A stretch of 32,000 nucleotides of DNA from Candidatus Saccharimonadota bacterium (lineage in GTDB: Bacteria; Patescibacteriota; Saccharimonadia; Saccharimonadales; Saccharimonadaceae): NCBI GenBank assembly GCA_025349965.1, contig CP075337.1, positions 690,001 to 722,000 of the forward strand. The letters run 5' to 3'. The notes under the pieces were generated by a model that did not search any database, was not told the origin of the DNA, and saw only the letters and a program-made list of their open reading frames with translations. Positions within the stretch are counted from its first letter, which is position 1. Each line of letters begins with the position of its first letter. Below, in pieces: positions 14,021 through 22,959 of this stretch. The position numbers and the translations under genes were made by a program.

Positions 14021-15075
14021 TACTTATTCTCCTCCTTACTCGCCATTGGATCGAGTTTAATAAAGTACTGCACCTTACCATCATCCTTTATAGACTTAAG
14101 TTGTGTCATGAATGCTGTAAGCGGTACGTGAATATATTCGTACTGAATCTGGCTATCTTTCGTATCGATAAGTCGGATGTAGTAATATCCATCGCCTGGA
14201 GTTTTTACAGCTCGAGCAACCTCGCCCTTCTTTAGACCGGCTACAGCTTCAGCGATTCCATTATCTTGGTTTGTTTTAGGGACCCATACTGGTGGTGTAT
14301 AGACGACCGTATCCTTGGTGTCGACATTCAGTGTAGCAGCGATATCTTTCATAGGCATATCAGCCGCGAGCGACTTTTCAATAGAAGCACCGACGCCACG
14401 CGCCTTGTCGTCAACCTTATAGGCAACCTGTTGCCGTAAGAGCTTCTGCGCTACCACTCCGCGATACTCGCTCATTGTCCAGCCGTAGTAATCCGCAAGC
14501 ACGCCAACTTGAGCTGCTTCAGAAATCTCCTCGTCATCAGCTTGGCGCGCCCGCTTCAAGAAGGCGTCGATTTCAGACCCTTCAACCTTCAGCCCAAACT
14601 CCTTAGCAAGTTTTTGCGCATACGCATCTGCTACTGCGTCATCCATTGAGCTATTTTTAATAAAGGTGATTTGGCGCTTACCATCAGGTGTCTTAATATC
14701 AACACGCTCTTTCTCAACAAGATAATGAAGCGCGCTTCGATACTTCATTAAATAGTCGCTGTATCGAACTGGCTGGCCATCGACCGTTGCAACAGGAACC
14801 GGCGCCACTTTTGTAACGCGGTACATAAATTCACTCGTGTTCTGCGCTGGATACAAGAGATACCAAAAGGCAGCGACGACAAACACAGCTGCTAATGCCG
14901 CGATAATGACGGCATTTATAACAAGCTTGTGACGTGCATACTGTACTGGATACTTGAATTTACGACCACCCGCAAGCACCTTTTCGCGGTGTTCGGCAAG
15001 AGTGTCGTTTGTAATACGACCAACCGGCTCCTTAGGCTGCTTACGTGCTTTAATTTTAGATACTAGCTTCTTCAT
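14020..15075 (-). CDS. Membrane-anchored SurA-N/PpiD-like chaperone-domain protein
   Basis: 351 aa. Basic N-terminus, one TM helix (LVINAVIIAALAAVFVVAAFWYLL), then VATVDGQPVRYSDYLMKYRSAL...AYAQKLAKEFGLKV, typical of SurA N-terminal-domain proteins. No clear PPIase motif seen. TAATG overlap with the sodA start. Confidence 0.55.
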   Translation of the reverse strand: MKKLVSKIKARKQPKEPVGRITNDTLAEHREKVLAGGRKFKYPVQYARHKLVINAVIIAALAAVFVVAAFWYLLYPAQNTSEFMYRVTKVAPVPVATVDGQPVRYSDYLMKYRSALHYLVEKERVDIKTPDGKRQITFIKNSSMDDAVADAYAQKLAKEFGLKVEGSEIDAFLKRARQADDEEISEAAQVGVLADYYGWTMSEYRGVVAQKLLRQQVAYKVDDKARGVGASIEKSLAADMPMKDIAATLNVDTKDTVVYTPPVWVPKTNQDNGIAEAVAGLKKGEVARAVKTPGDGYYYIRLIDTKDSQIQYEYIHVPLTAFMTQLKSIKDDGKVQYFIKLDPMASKEENK

Positions 15076-15586
15076 TACCCTCTTGCTCGCTTATAACGGT
15101 GTCAACGACATCTTGCAGTTTGTTGTATATTTTTTCGGCGTGTTCAACATAACGAATCACGAGATCACCTACAAAGGTCTGAATAACAATGGTACCGAAA
15201 CCAAATACTTCACCGGTGAACCCAGGTATATTATAGCTTATGTTCTGGATTTTAGACAGTCGCAGCTCTACGACGTCTTTTCCAAAAAACCCTTTCTGGG
15301 TAATCTGCCGGATGCGCTGATCTGTGACGATATAGATGGTGAAATACCACATCATCCAGTGGTAAAAGAAAAGAATAAGGCCAAGTGTGAGGCCACCGAG
15401 AGGAAACCAGAGCAGTTCAAGCGTGCTTGGCCATATAAGCACCGGAAGTGCGCTCAGTGCGAACGGAATAAGAAGGAGATAGAAGCCCTTACGCATTGCG
15501 ATGATATGACGACGAAATATAAATACGACCGTCTCACCGGGTCGCTGCCCTTCAAAATCAAGCTGTTCTTTTTGCCGTTTTGTCAT
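15056..15586 (-). CDS. Membrane protein with bacterial PH (bPH_2/YdbS-like) domain
   Basis: 176 aa. GETVVFIFRRHIIAM, a two-TM hairpin, then YIVTDQRIRQITQKGFFGKDVVELRLSKIQNISY. Overlaps the next gene by 20 nt. Confidence 0.7.
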   Translation of the reverse strand: MTKRQKEQLDFEGQRPGETVVFIFRRHIIAMRKGFYLLLIPFALSALPVLIWPSTLELLWFPLGGLTLGLILFFYHWMMWYFTIYIVTDQRIRQITQKGFFGKDVVELRLSKIQNISYNIPGFTGEVFGFGTIVIQTFVGDLVIRYVEHAEKIYNKLQDVVDTVISEQEGNEEASI

Positions 15587-15597
15587 AATAACTTTCT

Positions 15598-15674
15598 TGG
15601 TACCCCGGGCTGGAGTCGAACCAGCAACCTTTTCCTTAGGACGGAACTGCTCTATCCAATTGAGCTACCGAGGC
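15598..15674 (-). tRNA. tRNA-Arg (anticodon CCU), CCA encoded
   Basis: The reverse complement folds as acceptor GCCTCGG/CCGGGGT (two G-U pairs), D stem GCTC/GAGC, anticodon stem GTTCC/GGAAA (one G-A mismatch at 27:43) with loop GTCCTAA, T arm GCTGG-TTCGACT-CCAGC, then A-CCA. G at position 32 is unusual. Confidence 0.85.
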
Positions 15675-15703
15675 ATATACATTTATTCTAACAGATTTGC
15701 ATA

Positions 15704-15733
15704 GAAAAGAGCCCCGAGAAAGAGGCTCTTTTC
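15704..15733. terminator. Bidirectional terminator downstream of ndk
   Basis: Perfect 10-bp stem GAAAAGAGCC/GGCTCTTTTC with a 7-nt loop. Confidence 0.8.
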
Positions 15734-15744
15734 TACTAAGGGTT

Positions 15745-16248
15745 TTAGCGCGTGAACTTTTCGTTCAGTGCGGCGTAACTATAGAGCTCATCGTCTGAGA
15801 ACCAGTGTGCGACTTCCTTCGCCGCTTCTTCGTCATCACCAGAGGCGTGAATAAGGTTTGGAATTCCCTTGTGCTCAGCATCTGCGTATACGAAGCTCAT
15901 GTGTGAATAATCACCGCGGATAGTACCTGGCGCTGCTGACTTTGGTTCAGTTGGACCAACGAGCTTACGAACAAGCTGTACCGCTTCAACACCCTCAAAG
16001 ACCATTGCAATAACCGGACCGGTAGTCATAAGATCAAGTGTAATATTAAATGTCTCTTCACCACGACGAGTAATCATCTGTCCGATGTCCTCGTAGTGCT
16101 TGTGATACTGCTCCCTTGAGGGCATGATCATCTTTGTTCCTACAATCTTAAGGCCAACACGTTCAAAACGAGTCAGGATTTCACCAACAACACCACGCTG
16201 CACCGCGTCAGGCTTAAACAATACAAGAGTTTTTTCTACTTGGCTCAT
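15745..16248 (-). CDS. ndk: Nucleoside-diphosphate kinase
   Basis: 167 aa: EKTLVLFKPDAVQRG, TIRGDY, NLIHASG (active-site His). SD AAGGAGAGC upstream. Confidence 0.95.
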   Translation of the reverse strand: MSQVEKTLVLFKPDAVQRGVVGEILTRFERVGLKIVGTKMIMPSREQYHKHYEDIGQMITRRGEETFNITLDLMTTGPVIAMVFEGVEAVQLVRKLVGPTEPKSAAPGTIRGDYSHMSFVYADAEHKGIPNLIHASGDDEEAAKEVAHWFSDDELYSYAALNEKFTR

Positions 16249-16274
16249 GAGCTCTCCTTTTACTTATCTTTCAG

Positions 16275-17066
16275 CTATTGTACCAAAAGAATAATGGCCA
16301 ATATAGCTGCAAGGCCAATACGGTACCAGCCAAAGATAGCAAGTGAGTGCTTAGAAAGATAGCGCATCAGGAACCCAACTGCCAAAAGACCACTAATAAA
16401 GGCGGCGGCGTTTGAGACGGCAAGCATACCTGCGTTCGCCACCAGATAGTCGGTGTCAGATACAAGCACCTTAAGTGTTACCCCTGCCATAATTGGCAGT
16501 GAAGCCAAGAAGCTATACTCTGCGGCCTGCGCTGGACTAAGCCCCATAAGACGCCCGGCAATAATTGTAGAGCCAGAACGTGAAGTACCCGGAATAAGCG
16601 CCAGTACTTGTGCTCCACCCACAATAAGCGCGCGCCACCATGGAAGTTTACTGCCATCCTTTACAGGAGAAAGCTTTGGAAGCTTTTCAAGCACCACCAT
16701 AACTGCACCGACAATAGCAAGCGTAAAGACTACGACCGTCGCGCTCATGAAGAATGGCGTGGTTGAAATGAAGCCAGCCAGGATAAATCCAACCAGTCCG
16801 GCAGGAATTGCGGTAATAAGAATATTTCGAGCAAGTGTATAGTTTCGATGCACGAAAACATCCTTAATAATTGCCCAGATGCGCTTTCTAAAGAACACGA
16901 GCAGCGCCAACATAGTTCCGATATTAATAAACTCTAAAAAGAGATGGTCTGACGCGCCCGTCATAAACGTCTGTGCAATAACAAGGTGTCCAGAGCTACT
17001 AATCGGGATGAACTCGGTGAGCCCCTGGATAAGTCCTAAAATAATTGTTTCAAGCCAATGCCACAT
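16275..17066 (-). CDS. uppP: Undecaprenyl-diphosphate phosphatase
   Basis: Start set at the internal ATG at 17066, giving MWHWLETIILGLIQGLTEFIPISSSGHL, the canonical UppP/BacA N-terminus. PGTSRSGSTI motif present. Polytopic. Confidence 0.92.
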   Translation of the reverse strand: MWHWLETIILGLIQGLTEFIPISSSGHLVIAQTFMTGASDHLFLEFINIGTMLALLVFFRKRIWAIIKDVFVHRNYTLARNILITAIPAGLVGFILAGFISTTPFFMSATVVVFTLAIVGAVMVVLEKLPKLSPVKDGSKLPWWRALIVGGAQVLALIPGTSRSGSTIIAGRLMGLSPAQAAEYSFLASLPIMAGVTLKVLVSDTDYLVANAGMLAVSNAAAFISGLLAVGFLMRYLSKHSLAIFGWYRIGLAAILAIILLVQ

Positions 17067-17129
17067 AGAGACTATTTTAGCACACTCCCCCTCTGGTATA
17101 CTAGAGAAAAGAAACGGGGCGTATATCTT

Positions 17130-18053
17130 ATGAACGAACAAAAATTTTTCTCCGATTATATTCTCGACTTTATTGAATATCTTGAAGTTGAGGGCGGGCG
17201 TATGCCTAAAACAGCCGAGAATTATAAGTTCTATCTTGATAGGTTTGTTGAGTTTGCTGGCGACATACCTGTGGCTGACATGAACCCGGAACTCCTTCGC
17301 AAATATCGACTCTGGCTGAATCGTTACGAGACCGAGCGTGGCGAGACCCTCTCCATGATTACGCAGTCATACCACCTCATTGCCCTGCGCGGCTTCCTTC
17401 GCTACCTCATGCGGCGCGATATCCCCTCAATGAGTCCTGATAAAATTGAGCTCCCTAAAGTGCACCGTAAGCAGGTGACATTCCTCCATTATGACGAGGT
17501 TATGCGGCTACTTGAACAAATTAATTGTTCGGATGAAGTTGGGCTTCGTGACAGGGCTATTATTGAACTGCTCTTCTCTAGTGGACTGCGCGTTTCGGAG
17601 TTGGTCAATCTTAACAAAGACCACGTGAACACAAAGCGTCGCGAGTTTATGGTGCGCGGAAAGGGCCAGAAGGACCGTCCTGTTTTCATTAGCAAAAGCG
17701 CAGCCGAGTGGGTTGAAAAGTACCTTGATGCCCGCACCGATACGCTCATCCCCCTATTCATCGGCTATAGCAAAAACGCCACACCATCAACCGACGGTGA
17801 CTATAGGCGCCTCACCGCACGAAGTATTCAACGGCTCGTGCAAAAGTACGCTCGCCTTGCGGGTATTACAAAGCATGTCAGCCCGCATACAATGCGCCAC
17901 AGTTTTGCAACCGACCTCCTCATGAACGGCGCGGATATTCGCAGTGTACAGAGTATGCTTGGGCATAGCAGTATTGCGACAACCCAAATCTATACGCACG
18001 TGACCGACGCACACCTAAAGGATGTGCATGAGCGGTTCCATAGCGAATCCTAA
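17130..18053 (+). CDS. Tyrosine recombinase, XerC/XerD family
   Basis: 307 aa from the ATG at 17130. N-terminal SAM-like domain FIEYLEVEGG..KTAENYKFYL. Catalytic region has GLRVSELVNL, GKGQKDR, HTMRHSFATDLL and LGHSSIATTQIYTHV (R..H-R-H..Y). TGGTATACT extended -10 ~30 nt upstream. Confidence 0.9.
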   Translation: MNEQKFFSDYILDFIEYLEVEGGRMPKTAENYKFYLDRFVEFAGDIPVADMNPELLRKYRLWLNRYETERGETLSMITQSYHLIALRGFLRYLMRRDIPSMSPDKIELPKVHRKQVTFLHYDEVMRLLEQINCSDEVGLRDRAIIELLFSSGLRVSELVNLNKDHVNTKRREFMVRGKGQKDRPVFISKSAAEWVEKYLDARTDTLIPLFIGYSKNATPSTDGDYRRLTARSIQRLVQKYARLAGITKHVSPHTMRHSFATDLLMNGADIRSVQSMLGHSSIATTQIYTHVTDAHLKDVHERFHSES

Positions 18054-18056
18054 GTA

Positions 18057-19256
18057 CTAAGGCCGACAGGTTCCGGTTATATACTGCTCCGGAGTTACCG
18101 TAAAATCTTTACAGAAATTATCCGCTACATCTACCGCAGCTTCAGGGAACGGAAAACTTGCCGCTTCAAGGTTTACACGAGCTTTTACTCGACGGAATAA
18201 GTCATTTGCCCGACCAGTCGAGTCAATCGCCGGTTGAACGCCATCAAAAAGCACCGGAGTGTTAGAGTCGCCACTTCTCAGCTCGACCTTGAACGACGTA
18301 CCCTTGTAGAGCGACACAAGCCGAAGATACGCTGTACGCGCATCACTTGTTGAACCGATTGCACGGGGGAGAATTACGGTCATTTCACACGCATACCCTC
18401 CAGCGGAAACATTTGCCCTACAAGAGGCTGGATACGGCGTATTCGTAGCACTCGCCTGCGAAGGATATTCAGCGCTCCCCGCTCGCCGTCCGTCATTCGT
18501 TGCAATGTTCATCGTGTTTACATTTGAACTTGTTGGATAGAGGAAGGCTGTATTTGCATTACTTTCCCCCGAAGTAGTTTCAGCGTCAAAATCGCTCAAT
18601 AGAAAATCTGGGCCAAACTGCATAAGCTGGGTTCGCATAACAGGAGGGCGGTTGTCAGGCCACCTGTCTTGGGCAAGCATCGCCATCCCTGCTACTGGAG
18701 CGCGATCGATGTCACCTGATGCGCTTTTCACATCCTTTTCCCTACTGAACCAGCTCAGCACAACCCTGTCAAAGGTTCCGTTTGCTGCCCTCAGGGGAAT
18801 AAGCACCTGCTCGTTAGGGCCAAGTGTACCGACGTAATCTTCGGTATCCGGAGTAACCGTTACGCACGTGTACGCTTGATTAAGATTTCGGTCATTCACA
18901 GAGCCAGTTGACTGCTGTACAAGCACCTCGCCATTACTTGTCTCGGCCACACCCGCAAAGCGCGTTACTGCAGCATTGCATGTATCGCTCTTTAGGGCTT
19001 CTTTGAAAGTGCCGCCGCACTTAGTACTATCAGCAATGCAATCGCGCTGATACTTAAGAAGCGCGCGCTTTGCGTCTTCAACGCCCGCAAGCGCAGAGTC
19101 GTATGCGCTTTGGGAGAGATCGTTGGCAGTCGCCTGTCGTTGATCTGCAGTCATGATACGAAGAAATCCAACGGTGACAATCGTGATCACCAGCATTGAA
19201 AAAATAACCATGAAAAGTGATACCGCACCTCTATGAAATTCGTGAATAGTTCGCAT
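18057..19256 (-). CDS. PilX-N-like pilus-associated protein (large minor-pilin-like component)
   Basis: 399 aa. The N-terminus HRGAVSLFMVIFSMLVITIVTVGFLRIMTADQRQATANDLSQSAYDSALAGVEDAK matches the PilX N-terminal pattern (hydrophobic helix, then QA..AAEAG-like). It is the last gene of the pilus locus. Confidence 0.6.
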   Translation of the reverse strand: MRTIHEFHRGAVSLFMVIFSMLVITIVTVGFLRIMTADQRQATANDLSQSAYDSALAGVEDAKRALLKYQRDCIADSTKCGGTFKEALKSDTCNAAVTRFAGVAETSNGEVLVQQSTGSVNDRNLNQAYTCVTVTPDTEDYVGTLGPNEQVLIPLRAANGTFDRVVLSWFSREKDVKSASGDIDRAPVAGMAMLAQDRWPDNRPPVMRTQLMQFGPDFLLSDFDAETTSGESNANTAFLYPTSSNVNTMNIATNDGRRAGSAEYPSQASATNTPYPASCRANVSAGGYACEMTVILPRAIGSTSDARTAYLRLVSLYKGTSFKVELRSGDSNTPVLFDGVQPAIDSTGRANDLFRRVKARVNLEAASFPFPEAAVDVADNFCKDFTVTPEQYITGTCRP

Positions 19257-19258
19257 AT

Positions 19259-19966
19259 TTATACTTCTCCCCCTGACCGAACAACTAAACTGAATCGCTG
19301 AACACTACAATAAATCGGATCCGAATTGGTCTCATTTGGCAGCAGGCAGGCTGTACGATCTTGTGTCATAGAACGAGGGTCACCCGTGCCAATACTATAA
19401 TTCACCGTAAACAAGCGCTGCCCCGTTGATGGATCAGTTACCGTGTTGGACGTATCAACCGAGAGGGCGGTAATTGCTAAGGCGTGGTCACCCTTGGAGA
19501 GAAGTGTCGTCACCTTTCCCGCATCATCCGCGCGCACTGATTGCGCAAGAAGTCCACCGCTTGAATTTTTTGCGCAGTACACCGCTGATGGGTCCGGAAT
19601 TTTAATAAATGTAATAGGTGTACCGTCACTGCTAAGAATTACACCGGTCTTCCCCGGAGCATCAATCGTGTTCCAAAGATAGGAGTAATTTCCAAGACAT
19701 AAGCGACCACTTACGCTCGTAGAAATATAGCTCGCCCCATCAAGCGAGATGCGGCCCGCTGACGCAACCGTCTTTTTAAAATCATCAGATATGAGGCGCG
19801 CAGATTGGTTAATGTCACGTAGCGCCATCCCCTTGCTGTAGATATTTCCCGCCTGAATGATGGTCATCGCGATAGCAAGCAGCAATACCGACACGAACGT
19901 CATGGCAAGCATGAGTTCAATAAGCGTGAAGCCTTGGTTTGTTTTTCTTATCTTACCTTGGATCAT
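19259..19966 (-). CDS. Minor pilin, PilW-like
   Basis: 235 aa. NQG/FTLIELMLAMTFVSVLLLAIAMTII, with Glu+5. INQSARLISDDF resembles the PilW region that follows the helix. Confidence 0.65.
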   Translation of the reverse strand: MIQGKIRKTNQGFTLIELMLAMTFVSVLLLAIAMTIIQAGNIYSKGMALRDINQSARLISDDFKKTVASAGRISLDGASYISTSVSGRLCLGNYSYLWNTIDAPGKTGVILSSDGTPITFIKIPDPSAVYCAKNSSGGLLAQSVRADDAGKVTTLLSKGDHALAITALSVDTSNTVTDPSTGQRLFTVNYSIGTGDPRSMTQDRTACLLPNETNSDPIYCSVQRFSLVVRSGGEV

Positions 19967-20567
19967 ATAGCCTCACTATCGTTCCGAGCGTCATAGGCAC
20001 CGACTGTCCAACGGTATCCCAGCAAGCACGGATATGAAAATCAATGAACCCTACCCCGCCGCTTGTCGATGGAGTAGAGCGAACCGCTTCAACCCAAATA
20101 CCCTCGGCTCTATTAAATACCGCCGCGCCAGAAGTGGATTGATACACGAGTTGCGGAGAAATGTTCGCCTGGACAATTGAAGACCTCACCTCACCAGTCT
20201 TTGGAACAACGACAAAATCCTGAGCTTGCCATCTATCAGGACAGGATGAAAGCCCAATAAAGGCCGATGCGGAAGACTTTGTATTTGTGCTCATGATAGT
20301 TGCGTAGCGACCTGCCGGCGTAGTTGCAGGGGGTGTCACTCCCGCCTGATAGGTATTTATATATGCATCATGGAGAAAGCGAAGCGTTTCAGCTTGCCCG
20401 TCTATCTCTTGGCGTACCGTTGTTATCTCAAGAGATCGCTGTGCAGTAGCAATGCCTTTGTTCATAAGAGAAATCGCAGCTACTGCCACCATGCTGAAAA
20501 TAGTAATAGCGAAAAGGACTTCCACGATCGTGTCGCCTTTCTTAAATCTCGCCCCGCACTTTAGCAT
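19953..20567 (-). CDS. Minor pilin-like protein, PilV-like, with atypical +1 residue
   Basis: 204 aa. KKG/DTIVEVLFAITIFSMVAVAAISLM. Glu+5 is present, but Asp replaces Phe/Met at +1. It overlaps both neighbours (7 nt and 14 nt). Confidence 0.55.
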   Translation of the reverse strand: MLKCGARFKKGDTIVEVLFAITIFSMVAVAAISLMNKGIATAQRSLEITTVRQEIDGQAETLRFLHDAYINTYQAGVTPPATTPAGRYATIMSTNTKSSASAFIGLSSCPDRWQAQDFVVVPKTGEVRSSIVQANISPQLVYQSTSGAAVFNRAEGIWVEAVRSTPSTSGGVGFIDFHIRACWDTVGQSVPMTLGTIVRLYDPR

Positions 20568-21382
20568 GACTCATCTCCTGTAAAATCGGTCGGTAGCGCG
20601 ACTCGAACCGCAGAACTGTCCGCCGCGGCAGCATCAATATACACGCCGCGAGTCGCGGTTAGGACAAGACCATCGGAGTCGATACAGAGCAAGCGTTGCG
20701 CCCTGCCAAAATTCGTTGCATTTGACGCGGCCACCGTGCTTGCAACGAGCAGCTCCTTAATACGAGCATTGGTTGGCGTATCATACACATCATTGCCTGT
20801 GAACGTATAAATTCCACCCGTTTCAGGCGAACGAAGAACGAGAAGCGCAAGCGACCTATCGCCACTACCCTGTCGTTCTACAGGTGATTTCTGTGGCCAG
20901 CCGAGACGTGTACCCCACTCCATCTGAGAGGTCTCAACTTCTGTCCCAGATACCCCAAAGCTATAGGCAGCTTTGAGTTTATCTATATCACTTCCAGATG
21001 CACCAGTCACACCCGATTTAATGCCGAGTACTGTTTGTGTTCGTATAGCGCCGCTCGTCGATACCGTAACATAGCGGCCAAGAATTTCACAGCGCGCCTG
21101 CCCCCTAGAAAGCCCACTCTGTGACTGTTGTACAACTAAGTTTCCGCCACTTCCAATAACGCACGTTCGCTTCGATTCACTTCCGTTATAGACATTCACG
21201 ACGTCTGAATACTGCTGCTGCAGCGTCGCTTTAAAGCTTTCGACAGAGTCTTTGTATCGCTGAGTACCGATGGAAGACCCTATCCCAATAAACATAGCGG
21301 CAATCATGAGTCCGGTCACTCCCAAAAAAAGGACAGTTTCAATAATTGTAAACCCACGCTGTGATGACCATGCCCGCTTCAT
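20561..21382 (-). CDS. Minor pilin (prepilin-type N-terminal methylation domain; FimT/GspH-like position)
   Basis: 273 aa. SQRG/FTIIETVLFLGVTGLMIAAMFIGI, with Glu+5. Confidence 0.7.
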   Translation of the reverse strand: MKRAWSSQRGFTIIETVLFLGVTGLMIAAMFIGIGSSIGTQRYKDSVESFKATLQQQYSDVVNVYNGSESKRTCVIGSGGNLVVQQSQSGLSRGQARCEILGRYVTVSTSGAIRTQTVLGIKSGVTGASGSDIDKLKAAYSFGVSGTEVETSQMEWGTRLGWPQKSPVERQGSGDRSLALLVLRSPETGGIYTFTGNDVYDTPTNARIKELLVASTVAASNATNFGRAQRLLCIDSDGLVLTATRGVYIDAAAADSSAVRVALPTDFTGDESC

Positions 21383-21421
21383 ACTTGTTATTAGTATAGC
21401 ATAAGCAGCATCATATACGTG

Positions 21422-22309
21422 CTAGAAAGTGAACCCCATACCCCCGACATACCACTCAATCAAGGCTGGCCCAGCAAACCATGCCACGACTGCGCCAGCA
21501 ATAAGCAATGGCCCGAACGGCACGTGTGAATTGCGTTTCAATTTACCTGCTATCATCAACGGAATAACAAAAAGGCAGCCTATAAAGTTAGCCATAAATA
21601 ATGCTACGAGCGCAAGGCGCCAATCAGCGAGCAGCAGCCCGAGACCAACTCCAAGAATAACATCACCAAACCCTACCCAACGCCCCTTTGAGCCATAATA
21701 CAGCAGAGCATATAATCCACCGAGTGCCGCAACCGCCCCTGCGGCCGAAAGTAGCGACCCTGTTACATTATCTGACGTTACGGCGGTTAGCACGGTCACG
21801 GCGAGCCCGATAATAATAAGTACAATCATCGGTACATCTGGTAGCAAGAACCACTTCATATCATACGCAAAAAGAAGCGCCATAATAACACCACCGATAA
21901 GCCACAGAACAAAGTGTGTCACCTCAAGCGGTGTCGAAAGTGCCGTTGGCCACAATGCATACGATAAGACAAAGAATACTGCAAGCCCCACCTCTGCAAG
22001 AACCTCAAACCATCCAATAAACTTTTTGCAAGAACGGCATTTGCCACGCTGCACAACCCAGCTCACGACCGGAATAAGCTCATACCACGAGAGCGTCTTG
22101 TGGCAGTGAAGACACTGAGAGCGGTCTTCTGCAGTCTTTTTTCCTAGAAGCTTTTTGAGTGTAGCGTATTCCTTAGGATGATACTCCTCACCCGCCTTCT
22201 TATCACTCTCAAGTTGGCGCGCGCGAATACGCCAAACGGTTGCAGTCACGAAGCTTCCTAAAGCAGCCCCAAAAAGCGCAAGTGCACTATAAATAAATAC
22301 CTCTGTCAT
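21422..22309 (-). CDS. pilD: Prepilin peptidase / N-methyltransferase (A24 family)
   Basis: 295 aa and polytopic. Cys cluster CLHCHKTLSWYELIPVVSWVVQRGKCRSC, the catalytic-Asp context GFGDVILG, and a C-terminal PFGPLL. Confidence 0.93.
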   Translation of the reverse strand: MTEVFIYSALALFGAALGSFVTATVWRIRARQLESDKKAGEEYHPKEYATLKKLLGKKTAEDRSQCLHCHKTLSWYELIPVVSWVVQRGKCRSCKKFIGWFEVLAEVGLAVFFVLSYALWPTALSTPLEVTHFVLWLIGGVIMALLFAYDMKWFLLPDVPMIVLIIIGLAVTVLTAVTSDNVTGSLLSAAGAVAALGGLYALLYYGSKGRWVGFGDVILGVGLGLLLADWRLALVALFMANFIGCLFVIPLMIAGKLKRNSHVPFGPLLIAGAVVAWFAGPALIEWYVGGMGFTF

Positions 22310-22337
22310 ACTGCTTATGATAGCAGGAATGGGAATA

Positions 22338-22372
22338 TAAAAGAAGACACTCCGTAGCGTGTCTTCTTTTAT
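22338..22372 (-). terminator. Rho-independent terminator downstream of pilA
   Basis: 10-bp stem AAGAAGACAC/GTGTCTTCTT with an 8-nt loop and flanking A/T runs. Lies between the pilA stop (22390) and the pilD start (22309). Confidence 0.75.
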
Positions 22373-22389
22373 ATTGTAGCGCCCTTAGA

Positions 22390-22869
22390 CTATGAGTCTT
22401 GGCAGAATGAAGAACCCTTACCACCCTCAAGGAGTGTAACGGTTGCGTACTGACGCTTCGTCCCTTGTGTAAGGTTCTGCGTAGCAGTTCCGCCCGTACC
22501 CTTTGCACCAGTAGTGCCGCACTTTGCGCCCACCACTACCTTAACTTCGGAGTCACCTACCGCTATAGTGTTAGATGTCGGACGCGAAACAATATCAATT
22601 TTCGCCTCATCTGTATTATCGGATACATTCTCGATAAACGTAAGAACCTTTGCCTTGTTTGCAACTGGGTCAGCACCCCTGTTGGCGCTTGTAAATGAAT
22701 TTACAGCTGATGCCACGATACTCACGTCATTCTTGCGAGCGTTATCACGTTGACCACTTTGAAGCGCTGGAAGCGCGATAAATACCATCAGGAAGATAAG
22801 ACCTGCAATTGCAAGCACCAATACAACTTCGATGATTGTAAAGCCTTTTTTGGTTTGTGTTGTATTCAT
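22390..22869 (-). CDS. pilA: Major type IV pilin candidate
   Basis: 159 aa from the ATG at 22869 (SD AAGGTGG 11 nt upstream; the track start at 22890 is a TTG). MNTTQTKKG/FTIIEVVLVLAIAGLIFLMVFIALPAL, with Glu+5. It is small, has a C-terminal Cys pair (GAKCG...SSFC), and has its own terminator. Confidence 0.85.
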   Translation of the reverse strand: MNTTQTKKGFTIIEVVLVLAIAGLIFLMVFIALPALQSGQRDNARKNDVSIVASAVNSFTSANRGADPVANKAKVLTFIENVSDNTDEAKIDIVSRPTSNTIAVGDSEVKVVVGAKCGTTGAKGTGGTATQNLTQGTKRQYATVTLLEGGKGSSFCQDS

Positions 22870-22959
22870 TTTGGATTTCCCACCTTTCAATGAATATATA
22901 TTCTACTTATGTTTATATCGTAAATCATTTAACGCATACTGTCCAGAGGATAGTATATG

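Noticed and set aside
14954-15691. 245-aa plus-strand ORF
   Set aside because: It is antisense to the well-supported bPH-domain and SurA-like genes, crosses the tRNA-Arg gene, and has no recognisable motifs.
17130-18053. Xer-type tyrosine recombinase as a marker of an integrated mobile element next to the pilus locus
   Set aside because: No flanking direct repeats, no adjacent tRNA attachment site, no excisionase, phage or plasmid genes, and no compositional break were seen. The sequence has the typical housekeeping XerC/D motifs, so it is most likely the chromosome dimer resolvase.
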